64,000 nt of DNA, from contig NC_058131.1 of the NCBI RefSeq assembly GCF_016433145.1, positions 711,108,069-711,172,068 on the forward strand, given 5' to 3'. How positions within the stretch are numbered: the first letter of the stretch is position 1; each line of letters starts with the position of its first letter. The stretch comes from Gracilinanus agilis (taxonomy: Eukaryota). Positions 11,633-22,234 of the stretch are shown piece by piece. Made by a program: the position numbers and the translations under genes. The notes beneath the pieces are model-generated. The model saw only the letters and a list, made by a program, of their open reading frames with translations, did not search any database and was not told the origin of the DNA.

Positions 11633-14129
11633 TATTTTTTCCATTTTAAATGATGCTTTTGAAGTGTTGGAAACGTTTTCTTTATTCTCATTTGTGTCTT
11701 GTTTATACTATTAACCCATGTTTGTTCAAGTTTTATAAAGACATATGAGACCTGGGCTGCTATGAATGATTGAAAATGCTGCATTAGCAGGATACAAATT
11801 AGTGAGATATGTAATTTGAATGAAAAAATAATAGTATGCTTAATTAATATGTTGGCAAACTTCATGTATGTGTGCATATACACAAACCTGTCAGACCAAG
11901 ACCAAAAGATCCCACCTACTGAATATCCTGTTTGTATGTAATGCCTACACAGAAGGCAACTAGGAGACTCAGTTGATTGAGTGCTGGGCTTGGAGTCAGG
12001 AAATCTGAGTTCAAATCTGGCCTCAGATACTTCCTGGCTATGTCTAGACAAGACCCTTAATCTCTGGTTGTCTGCAAAAATAATCCACTGAATCCATAGG
12101 AGAAGGAAATGGCAAAGTACTCCAATATTCTTGTCAAGAAAACTCCATGGAAACAGCTAGGTGACTCAGTGCATAGAGAGCTAGGACTGGAGATGGCAGG
12201 TCTTGGGTTCAAATGTGGCCTCAGATATGTCCTAGCTGTGTGACCCTGGGCAAGTCACTTAATCCCAATTGCTAAGCCTTCTGAATTATAACCGGCACTT
12301 AGTATCGATTATAAACCAGAAGGTAAGAGTTGAAAAAAAAATAGAAAACCCCATGGGTAGTTCTGGTCCATGGAGTCATGAAGAGTTGGACATGACCGAA
12401 CACAACAGAGCTTACATAAGTCATAACCATGAGAATTTTTTTTTTGGTTAACCTTTTTATGGTAAAATTACCTTTCTTTTTCTTTCATCTGCATTGTTAT
12501 AAATCCATATCTGCACATGAACATTTGCTTTCTTCAGTATTTCCTCACATATCAGAACATTAAAAATCACACTTTATAGGTAACCCTCATCTCCACATTA
12601 TTGAGTTAAAGTTGAGGCATATTTATTTCATCATTACTTCATGAATGTCAATATTATCTCCATCTATCTCACTGTTGCCAGAATCTATTTTCAGGGCTCA
12701 AAAGAAAATTTATATGTCACTTATTGCCATGGAATTGCTGGCATGATGAGTTTGATAGAAATTATTCCTTTGGTATTTGTCAATTTCAGGAATCGTTCTC
12801 TGAGTGTCCAGAACCCAAACTTGTGGGTTCTGGATATGAGACAACTCTCAAAGTTTTAGTAGGTAAAATTGGAGATCTCAAAAATGTATTGTAGGGTTAG
12901 CTAGGTGGCACAGTGAATAGAGTGCTAGAACCGGAGTCAGGAGGACCTGCATTTAAATCTGTCTTCAGACACTTACTAGATATTTGACCCTGGATAAGTC
13001 ACTTAACCCTATTTTCCTAACTCTTCTTGCCCTTCCATCTTAAGAGTTGTTACTAAGATAGAAAGTAAGGGTTTTGAAAAAGATATAAAAACAAATTCTG
13101 TAAAAATTTTCAGGTGAATTGAAGGCTTTAGCTTAGGTTTTTTCTGTGTAATAATAGCACATAATAAGACCACTGTGTCTAGTCAGGAAGATGTGCATCA
13201 GATTCTCCCCCTGTTTGATGTTTGTGACTTGGGAAAGTAATAAACACTTAGTGCTGAAATTCTGTTTCTGGTGCTTAATTTGAGTACTTGAGCAAAATCC
13301 ATCTCATTAAGCCTCAGTTTCCTCATCTGTAAAGTGAGAGAGTCAATGACCTAAAATAGCTTCCAACTCTAAAATGTGAGTCTATGGTTTATGATCCTAT
13401 ATTCCCCTGAATCTGAATCTGAACTTGACTCCTCCCTATGTAAGTCTGTTGATCTCTCTGTCCCTTATTTATTTCATATGTAAAATGATCCCAATACCTC
13501 CTTGTCTATGTCACAGGGCTGTAGTAGTCCAATGAAAGACATTTTGAATGGCTTTTCTTCTGCCATAAAGAACTCTATTAAATATCATTCAGTATCTTTA
13601 CTATTTAGTGATTGAAAAAAGCCTTTACTGGAAATCATAGAATGGAAAACACTATCAGGGAGTTGATATCCCAACTGTGGAAGGAGATGGAAGGTAAGGG
13701 AAAAGGGAGCTATTTTTGGCTTTCCCAGATGAGCTACATTTTGATTTCTGAAAAAACCTGGCAAATAAAACAATAGCAATATTAGCATTTTATTATTTAC
13801 ATAGTGTTTTATGATGTTATCTCATTTCATCCTTACCCATCCCTGGGAAGTTGAATGATAACTATAACAATAATAGTAACTAACATTTATATAGCCCTTT
13901 CTGCATGCCAGGCACTGGGCTAGGTGCTTTACAAGTATTATCTCATTTGATCCTTATAAGAACCCTGGGAGGGAGGTGCTATTATTGTTCTCATTTTAAA
14001 GATGAGGAAATTGAGTCAGACAGAGATTAAGTGACCTGCCCAGGGTCACACAATGGTAAATATCTGAAGGAGGATTTAGACTCAGGTCTTCTGGATCTAC
14101 TCTCTATTTACTGTACCACCTACCACCTT

Positions 14130-14940
14130 CTCTGATGAGCCATTATCAGTGATAGTTTAAAGATTGTGTATAATAGGAGAGACACTGCATGGGTTTATAG
14201 AAAGGGAAGTTTCCCAATTTTTGAAAAAGGGAAGAACATAGTCTGTAAAATCTAGGGCAGCGAGATTGTCTTTGATTCCTGGAAAATGAAGAGATAAAGG
14301 CCTAGATGGCATGATGACACAAAGCTGGGAGGGATAGTTAGCGTCCTATCATAGTAATGGAATCAAGCAGGATCCAGAAAAATTTTGACAAGCTACAGTG
14401 TTGGTTTTCATCTAATAAGATGAAATTCAATAGACAGATGTAAAGTCTTATCTTCATGGCCAAAAAACAAACATCCCCAATCCAGGATGGGGAAAAAAGA
14501 AATGATTTGAGATTTTGTCTAAAAAATCTTTGGAGGCTTTAGCAAGCTCAATATGAGTCTGAGGTGGCAGGGAGAAAAAGCTAATGAGATATGGGATTAG
14601 ACATATCCTTCAGCACTGAGGAGGGGACAGCTCCACTCTACTTTTCTCTGACAATATCCCACATAGTGTGTTCATTTTAGGGACTCACAGCTTACAAAGG
14701 TCATCCATAAGCTAGAGATTGCCCAGAGGAGAAGGAGGACAAGAATAATGAAGGGTTTGGGGGTCCAAGTCATATGAAGATCCAGAGCCAACAATGGAAG
14801 ATGCAAAAAGACCTACTTTAGGTTTGACATCTGGAAAAAGGATTCTAACCATTCAAATGGAATGGGCTGCCTGGAATGAGAGTAGGCTCCTTCCTCTTAG
14901 AGGTTTCCAATGAGAAGCTGAATTAGTGTACAAGCATTAT
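14130..14940 (+). mobile_element. Degenerate L3/CR1 LINE reverse-transcriptase fragment
   Basis: ccaatttttgaaaaaggg, ttgattcctggaaaa, gatgacacaaagctggagggatagt, aagatgaaattcaatag are typical CR1 RT remnants; no open frame. Confidence 0.65.
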
Positions 14941-16692
14941 TATCTGTGCCAGTGTGGGGCTCCTAGCAAGGTCATGAATTCTTGAGGTAAATTGAAGAAT
15001 TATAAGGAACCAGTGAGGTACAATAAGGTACAATCTCAGCTTTTGTAGAGCTCGAGGATTAGAGAAGGAAATATTCTCTCCACCCATTAGCAACAACAGA
15101 AAAGCATTCACTGAATGAGAAAGAAAAGGTAAAAATGAGTTGAGTGCCAACTTTAGTGTCTAAATGTGAAGGGAATGCTGATGAACATTGAGGTTGGGCT
15201 TGAACTGGGTTCATGGCTGGCAATTACTCCTTGGCTGTAAATTCCTCTTTGGTGGCTACTCTGGAAAAGGGAAGAAAAGGCCATCCCCTACCACAAATAC
15301 TGTTAGCTTCCTCCAGAATAAATAAGATCTTTCCCCTTCAAAGTGAAAAATAGCCTAACTTTGAATGAGGATTAGTCTGAGCATTCTCTTAAAAACTGAC
15401 AGGCACTGAAGGACATATGCCTGGGCCATTTTTACCTCTGGACTCAATTGACAGCTTGTCAATGGGCAGTTCTTTGGGCTGCTACATTTACCATTCCCTG
15501 CTTGCCCCTGCTATGAGACAATTCCAATTCAGAAACATACTTGTCAGAAGTGATTTTTACATTTTGGAGAGATTAAAATCCTTTATTAAATTTACATTGC
15601 TTGTGCTTTCTGATAAAGAACTAACCCCCCATGACAGCCCATATTTCCAATTACCTCCTCCGGGTGCCAGGGAGTCCCCAAGTAGGAAGGATCTAATAAT
15701 CTCGATTATGGGCAGCAGCGGGAAGTCTCTTAAGTACCAGGGAAAGCATTTATTAGACAGAAAGTATTAGCAGCCAGCTTTGCTGCTCCGGGAATGGGCT
15801 TGCATTTGTTAAGGACAGTTCTTGCTGGTTTTTTTTTTTAAAAAAGTAAACTAAAACTATGACATCATGGCAGCTGAGAGTAACTTTGAATCCTCCAGAA
15901 GGAATCCCAGTCTGCTACTCTTCCTATGGAGACAGTCAATGTTGGGCTGGTTGCTGACTTAGGCTAGATAGAGAGGAAGTTCACTCGGAATGGCTCCTTA
16001 GAGACTAGAAACCTGAGCTCAGGAAGCCAGGCAGCCAAAAAGCACCTACTGTGTACCAGGCATTGGGGATATCAAGAAAGGCAAAAGACAGTCTGTGCCC
16101 TCAAAGAGTACTCAAATTTAATGGTCCATATGGGGACTGAAAGGAGGCCTGAGACTCGGCCTCTCCCTTCTCCTTGAGGTCTTTCAGAAAGGGTTGTTGG
16201 GTATTTGAAAATGGGTACAGTGATGATGGTCTTCTCAATCAGTGACCAAGATGCCAAGAAGAACCTTCCATGGAGCCTCATCATAGTGTAGAGATAAACG
16301 ATGCAGTCTCCAAGGCTCTGACGATGCAGCCCAAGTTCTGGACACTTCTACCAAGATGTGGTCTCAATTGAAGATTCTGCTTTAGGCCAGCTAGTTAAGC
16401 ATAGAGTAGCTTCTCAGGAGATGGGCCACTTGGTGTTCACAGTTATATGACAGAGCAACTCTTGTCCTTCATCTTCCCATCCACCCAGTTTCCCCATCTC
16501 CTAGCAGTAGGAGATAATCAGAGAGATGCACAGTAGAGACCTTTCCCTTTGGTTGCCATAAGAGGCAGGGTTTGAGCTGAGATGGGGGAAAGATCCTTAG
16601 TGAACACATTTGCCTTCCTGTAAATCATTACAGCCCAATGTAGGACTGTAGAGACGGATAGGCAAATGCCATCATTACTTTGAAAAGTACAT

Positions 16693-16886
16693 CAGTGGTC
16701 TCAAACTGAAGTAGAAAGGAAGTCTGGGGTTGCTCATTGACTCAGGAAACCATATGTTAACATTCTCTATGTTCTATTATATTTTTATTTATTTTGTTAA
16801 ATGTTTCTCAATTACATTTAATTTGCTTTGGGTCTGAGACTGTTTCTGGCTGGCGGTATGCACCTTCCACATGTTTGATACCTCTG
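16693..16886. mobile_element. Old hAT-Charlie-type MITE
   Basis: cagtggtctcaaact...tgtttgatacctctg termini. Confidence 0.55.
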
Positions 16887-17092
16887 ATCTGTATGACCTT
16901 GGACAAGTAACCTCTCTGGGACTCAGTTTTACCCATCTGTAAAATGATGGGATTAGAAGAGATGAATCCTAATATCCTTCAATTACTACGATCCTATAAT
17001 TTCATAGTTACATTGATATGGGTCTTCCCTTCCCTGAAGCATGGTAGAGAGCCGGAATGAGCTAGAGACCAAAAATTGTCATTACCCTTCAT

Positions 17093-17296
17093 TAATGGAT
17101 TTCAACCTTTTTGGTCTCAGAATCCCTTTATACTTATTGAAGATCTTTCCAAAGAGCTTTCATTTATATGAATTATCTCTATTAATATTTACAATTTGAG
17201 AAATGAATAAAAATAAGTTAATACACTTAAATACTTATTGTTATCTAAAAGTAACAGTAATAGACCCATTGGATAGGAACACAGACAACATTTTTT
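17093..17296 (+). mobile_element. hAT-Charlie non-autonomous DNA transposon (Charlie1b/MER33-like), left part, split by the retrogene
   Basis: ttcaacctttttggtctcagaatcccttta...ccaaagagcttt...aatagacccatt...aaca resembles the Charlie1/MER33 5' end as recalled. Confidence 0.7.
17281..17296. repeat. Left target-site duplication of the retrocopy (acagacaacatttttt)
   Basis: Matches acccacaacatttttt at 19401-19416: a 12-bp exact core acaacatttttt, 14/16 overall. Confidence 0.8.
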
Positions 17297-17301
17297 TTTT
17301 T
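17291..17301 (-). repeat. Retroposed poly(A) tail remnant (T11 on plus strand), partly overlapping the left TSD
   Basis: ttttttttttt lies directly after the AATAAA-defined cleavage site. Confidence 0.85.
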
Positions 17302-17840
17302 GAGGCCTCATCCCGTTTTATTGCAATTTCTCATCACAGCCAAAGAGTAAGAGAGGAAGACACAAAAAGCGACCAACACGGGGATGGGCCAGGCTCAGGC
17401 TCACCCCCCACCCCACCCCTCAGGGCTACACTAGCACAAGGATCCAGGGACTCCTCCCACCCACAAAGAAGTAGCTAGTCCTGAGGGCAGGGCTTGTTGG
17501 GGGAAATAAATAGGGTCAGAAGGGAAGGAGGGAGGGAGAGGGGGGGGGGCCTTCCCAGGGAAAGAAGGAATTTGGGCTTTCTTATATATTATACATTCAC
17601 GGAGCAAAGGGCTACACCTGGGGGGAGGGGAGCTTCCCGCTGCCTCGGGCTTCTAGCTCAGCCTCCCAGTCCTCGGAGTGGGTCTGGGTCCTAGACAGCA
17701 GCAACTGCTTTTTGTTACCATGGACAGAGCAAGGAAAGGCGGGCTGAGGGCCACGGGGAGGGAACTGGTAGCGGGAGCTCTTCCCAAGGGTGTGAGCACC
17801 CCTCCGCCCGCACCGCGGGCCCCGCTGGCGGCTGCAGGGG
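17302..17840 (-). other. 3'UTR of the ATP6AP1 retrocopy
   Basis: GC-rich segment between the stop codon and the poly(A) remnant; composition changes abruptly to AT-rich flank at about 17300. Confidence 0.85.
17317..17322 (-). terminator. Polyadenylation signal AATAAA of the retrocopy
   Basis: Plus-strand tttatt at 17317-17322, about 15 nt upstream (in gene sense) of the poly(A) remnant. Confidence 0.85.
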
Positions 17841-19274
17841 TCACTCGGTCAGGGGCACGGAGAGCGTGCTCCCCTTGTGGTCGTCGAAGCGGTCCATGGT
17901 CTGGAGGTTGAGGATCATGTGCAGCCCGTAGGTGAAGACGAAGAGCAGGATGAGGGAGGAGACGAGCCCCATCCAGATGCCGGGGGAGAAGAAGCCGGCG
18001 CAGTCACTGGCGTACGAGAAGTTTCCCCCGGACAAGTGGAAGGCCTGGATCTGGAAATCCTGGAAAGTCACGTGCCAGGCCGAGGAGCCGGGCAGAGCCA
18101 CCAGGAGGCTATTCTTGGACCGTTCGCTGCTGACATACTCGCAGTGGAAGGAGTAGATGCTGGGCGCTGCGATATGGGACGAATTGAAGACAACGACGGA
18201 GTTGTTGATGTGGATCTCCAGTCGATCCAGGGTGAACCAGCTCCGGGCCGAGACGGGGTACAAGCGGTTGTTCAGGAAGAGCTTGACGGTCAGGAAGGGG
18301 CCAAAGACGTTTTGGTACGTCATGGCGAGCTGGGCAGAGGAGCTGTTCCAGCTGGAGCCGCTCAGGTTGAGGGCCGGGTTCCCGAAGGTGAGCGCGGTCA
18401 GGTCCCTCGACTTGTCGTTGTAGGTCACCGTGAAACTCTGGGCCCAGAGGAGGATTCGAGGCTCCGGGTCGTTGTAGCTCACTGGCGGAAGGGGCGGGGA
18501 CGGGGGTGGCCCAGGCTCCGAATCCTCGTTCTCTCCGAGGAGGTGCCGCCCCAGACCCCCGGCCACCATCGGCAAGTCCCGAATGGCCCGGGAAGGCCTC
18601 TCCGCAGTCAGTAGGGCCGTATAGGGCACGCCTTCCGCCTGGAGGGTGTTCATCACCCGCCCAATGATCTCGTCGTTGCCGGTGAGCACTTCCTTCGGGG
18701 CCATCAGGCCGGAGCCGGCGGTGTAGGGCAGCCTCAGGAGTAGCAGAGCAGGGAGGGTGTCGTTGAGCTTCAGCTCCCGCAGGGTGGCCCCGTCTACGTG
18801 GAGGGGACTCGCTCCCAGCTTCCCCGTCAGGAGGGAGGTCAAGCTGCTGGCTGCGTGCCAGGCCACCGAGGGCAGGACCAGGGCGGAGGGAGCCGACTCC
18901 AGGGCGTTCTCCAAATTGGGGAAAGCGCTGTCTGGCTTGTTGCCAAACACGCCGCCGTACGCAGTGAAGTCTTCCACGCTTAGCTTTTCCTGCAGGAAGA
19001 GCAGCACGTTTCGGGGGCCCCTCTCCAGGGCGGGGGCCAGGTAGGCGGCCAGCTGGCCGTCCGTGGTGATGTGCCCTTCGTGGGCGTTCTCCAGCGGAAC
19101 CCACAGGTCCCGGGAGCTCGACCAGAGCACTATCGGCACCTGCTGCTCCGCGGCGGCAGCGGCCGGGGCGGCGGCGGCGGCCAGCAGCAGAGCCAGCAGC
19201 AGTGACTGCAGCCGGGCCGCCGATACACCGGCCATCGCTTTAAGCGCCGCAGGCCGGGCTCTCGCCGCCGCCAT
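17841..19274 (-). CDS. ATP6AP1: Intact intronless retrogene of V-type proton ATPase accessory subunit S1 (Ac45), 477 aa
   Basis: The ORF track start (19331) is a GTG. The first ATG is at 19274 in strong Kozak context (gcggtcATGg), and TGA is at 17841-17843. The translation follows human ATP6AP1 as recalled: [57 protein letters not shown], furin-type [42 protein letters not shown] helix, [10 protein letters not shown]. No introns, stops or frameshifts. Confidence 0.96.
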   Translation of the reverse strand: MAAARARPAALKAMAGVSAARLQSLLLALLLAAAAAPAAAAAEQQVPIVLWSSSRDLWVPLENAHEGHITTDGQLAAYLAPALERGPRNVLLFLQEKLSVEDFTAYGGVFGNKPDSAFPNLENALESAPSALVLPSVAWHAASSLTSLLTGKLGASPLHVDGATLRELKLNDTLPALLLLRLPYTAGSGLMAPKEVLTGNDEIIGRVMNTLQAEGVPYTALLTAERPSRAIRDLPMVAGGLGRHLLGENEDSEPGPPPSPPLPPVSYNDPEPRILLWAQSFTVTYNDKSRDLTALTFGNPALNLSGSSWNSSSAQLAMTYQNVFGPFLTVKLFLNNRLYPVSARSWFTLDRLEIHINNSVVVFNSSHIAAPSIYSFHCEYVSSERSKNSLLVALPGSSAWHVTFQDFQIQAFHLSGGNFSYASDCAGFFSPGIWMGLVSSLILLFVFTYGLHMILNLQTMDRFDDHKGSTLSVPLTE

Positions 19275-19400
19275 GACCGCGCAGCCCCTTCGCAGGCCAG
19301 CGCCGCTCAGGTGACTGATGTCGCCGGCCACTCTAGGCCGAGCCCGCCCCTGCCGTGCTCTCCCATTGGCCGGGCCCGCCCTCGTCCTCTTCTCCTATGG
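19275..19400 (-). promoter_or_regulatory. 5'UTR and core-promoter-like segment of the retrogene (two GC boxes flanking a CCAAT box)
   Basis: On the minus strand: GGGCGGG (19375-19381), CCAAT (19365-19369) and GGGGCGGG (19343-19350), in a CpG-rich TATA-less context. All lie inside the TSD boundaries. Confidence 0.65.
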
Positions 19401-19416
19401 ACCCACAACATTTTTT
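19401..19416. repeat. Right target-site duplication of the retrocopy, followed by AA (L1 endonuclease TTTT/AA site)
   Basis: acccacaacatttttt|aa; this is the geometry expected for a minus-strand L1-mediated insertion. Confidence 0.8.
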
Positions 19417-19747
19417 AAGGGAAAAAGAACTCTATTTTCCCAAACGAAAAAAGGAGGGGAAAGAATAGTCTCGTTTTACAGATTCTGGCAGATCTAATGC
19501 TTGGCTTCCGAGAGGACGTGGGGAATCGGGGATCCGCTTCTGCAGTCGCCCTGTCGTGATGTGTCCTTCCGCTAGAAGTCGGGAACAAAGCTCCGCCTCA
19601 CCCTGAGGTCTGCTTTGAAAAGGGGTCAATATTTCAATAGGGAGATAACACTCGAGGCTTCTTATGAAACTAGATTTGACTTCACAGACTCTGTGAGAGA
19701 GTCTTGGGAACTTTCAGTGCTCTGTGGACAAACTTGGAGAATTGCTG
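19401..19747 (+). mobile_element. hAT-Charlie non-autonomous DNA transposon (Charlie1b-like), right part
   Basis: Continues the recalled consensus across the TSD (aacattttt...aactctattttcc...gttttaca...gcttctgca...gcctcac...gaaaaggg) and ends in a Charlie-type terminus (tttgacttcacagac...tggacaaacttggagaattgctg). Combined length is about 0.53 kb. Confidence 0.68.
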
Positions 19748-20339
19748 TCATATTTTCATCGTTGGAAAGTGCTTAGAGATCATTTAGTAGTCAAACCCCT
19801 TCACTTTGAAACGGAATTAGGGCTGCGGTGAGTGACCTTAGAGAAGCACCAGGTGATCTTTTCTTTGAGGAATAATGAGGGCTTTTAAATAACGTCCAAA
19901 GAACGCGAGACTTTTAGCCTTCTGCTTTGTGACACTTAATGATCCTTTTAAGGGCATCCGGACTTTCGGAAGCCAGGATTCTTGGGATCCGTCTCTGAAG
20001 ACAGTCAGGCTTGCTCTTGGGCAATTCAGTTCAACAAACATTTCTGATTGCTTAGCACGCGCCTTGCACATACCTACTAGGTACTTAATAAATGTTTACT
20101 GACTCACTGATCCCTTGGGTACGTAGAAGAAGCAGCCTAGTCTAGCACTGAATGAAGAGTTAACTTTAGAATAATGAGGTTCTGGGTTCAAGTTGCTTCT
20201 GAAACATGCATACAAAGTAAAGGGAAATCATTTTGAGAGAGAGAGAGAGAGAGAGCACTAAAAACTGAAGGGATCAAGAAAGGCCCCCCACCCCCTACAA
20301 ACCCCCCCTTGCAGTTGGGCTTTGAAGGAAGCTAGAGAT

Positions 20340-20705
20340 TGTAAGAGGAAGGGACTCCAGATAGGGAGGGTCGGTTATGCAAAGGCCTGGAGGTAGGAGC
20401 TTGAATGGTGTGTATGGGAAATAGCCAGAAGGTTAAGATGGCTATGATGGAGAATGATGACAGGAAGTGATGTAACAGAATACTGGAAAGGTAAGTGAGA
20501 GTCACCGTGTGAAGGGCTCTGTCTAGATGGAGGGTGGAGGATTTTGTATTTTGTTCTTGAGGCAATTGGAAGCTGCTGGAGTTTTTGGTAAAGAGGGTGA
20601 CTTGGTCAGAGCAGTATTTTAGGAATATCAATCTGGCAGCTGTGTGTGGGCTGGATTGGAATGGAGAGACCCTTGAGACAGGGAGACCCATTGGGGAGGC
20701 TGTTG
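20340..20705 (-). mobile_element. L2 LINE fragment
   Basis: Reverse complement of the L2 core (ctggcagctgtgtg...ggattggaatggagagac). Confidence 0.7.
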
Positions 20706-22234
20706 CCTCTGGCTACATATTCCAGTTGACAGACAACCATGACCAGGCTGTACTCAAAGCCTTTCCCATTTTTTAGTAGCTACTGGTAGACTTCAGGGCC
20801 AATTCCATGCCTTGTTGAGTCATTGAATTAAGGATTTAAATTCTATCTAATTTGGGGGATACTAATCCCCATCCTTGAGAGGGGGATTTAAACTTAGGGG
20901 TGGAGGATCTAGTCCAACACTCTAATTTTGCAAGATGAGGGAATTGATGCAGACAGAAGTAAAGTGGCTTACTCAGGGTCACTCATCTATTAAGTATCCG
21001 AGATAAGATTCGAACCCAGATTTTATATCCATCATGCTACCCACTATGGCAGACTGCCTTTCAAATTCCTTTTGCAGAAACAACGAGTTTTCCAGCTAAT
21101 TTTTGGTGCTGGCTGATTTTGCTCACAGATATTAATTTTGATTGATATGCATGATGTTTTCTCAATTCCATTTACAGGGACCTGAGGAACCTGAAGCTCC
21201 CAAGGTAATTGCTTCTAAGAACTGTTTTCTTTAAAAGAAGACTTAGAAAATAGCCTTGCTCATTCTGCTTGCTAGAAGCTGGACTCTTACCTGAGACATA
21301 GACTCTCCTCAGAGAGAGATGATTTTTACCTTAACAAAGGAAACTTTGTGCAAGGTGACATGAGTAGAGGTGGCAAGGCAGCAAAAATGATTAACTTGTG
21401 CTTTTCCCGGAAACAACTTGAATTCTCTTTGGAGAGTCCAGTCCTGGCTTAGAATGTCATTACAGGAATTTATCTGAGGCTCTTTTTAATTTCCTAAGGA
21501 GCTTGCATCCAAATGAGGCCTCAGTAGCCCAGTTTGTGTTTGGCAGGCATGCCCCAGTCTGTGTCCTGAGTGGTCAGCCACAACGAGGGTCACTGAGCTG
21601 ACACCACACTGATGAGAGTTCATGCCCTTACATTGGCTCTGATGATTGTACTTAAAAAGCAGATGGAGACTCACTAGGAGACCATGACCCGGGAAGAGAG
21701 TCAAAGGCACTTCTGAGTGAGGGCACTCTAGAAGCTCTAGGGGAGTCCATAGGGGGAGGAAAGAGAGAAGAGACACACATAGACATGTAGGCTGCTGGGC
21801 ATTATGTGGACTTGTAAACAGTGTCACAGGCTATGTTGCTTCTCCAGGGAGCCAGATGGGTTTGTGACTCAATGTCAGGGAGAGATATAGAAGGAAAAAA
21901 GATGGAAGCACCTTGTGATCCTGAAGAAAGAGATTTGGGCTGTTGGGGCTAGGAGATGGGAGAAGAGATGGAAAGGCCCCAGCTCACTCTGAAATGGAGA
22001 GAACTCCTCCAGCTACACTGTCTGAGGGGTCTGGGAGGGGAAGAAGTGTTGGCATGGGCAGCAACTGTGTGCATAGAAGACATATTCCTTCACTGGGACT
22101 TTGATTCATGTGATAGAGACCTAAAATCAGGCAAGGGTGCTTGATGCCCTCTTAAAAGGGAAGGAAAGGTTTCATGATTTTTGATGGGGCTCCTCCTATG
22201 ACAGTAATCTCATGTTTACTAGAAGAAGCCTATC

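Larger units (their letters stand above)
17620..19600. promoter_or_regulatory. CpG island covering the retrogene body and 5' flank
   Basis: Dense CG dinucleotides and high GC, in contrast to the CpG-poor remainder of the window. Confidence 0.85.

Noticed and set aside
17877-18614. 245-aa plus-strand ORF
   Set aside because: Antisense shadow of the GC3-rich ATP6AP1 CDS; stop codons are rare on the opposite strand of such sequence; no recognisable motif.
18109-19104. 331-aa minus-strand ORF in an alternative frame
   Set aside because: Overlaps the ATP6AP1 frame; Arg/Pro/Gly-rich composition typical of frameshifted GC-rich DNA; non-ATG start.
17841-19274. Calling the copy a processed pseudogene, or the paralog ATP6AP1L
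   Set aside because: No disabling lesion, and all key motifs are kept. It includes the full N-terminal pre-furin domain and follows ATP6AP1 itself closely.
19275-19331. 19-aa N-terminal extension from the ORF-track start
   Set aside because: The start is GTG and the region corresponds to 5'UTR; the ATG at 19274 has a strong Kozak context and gives the expected signal-peptide start.
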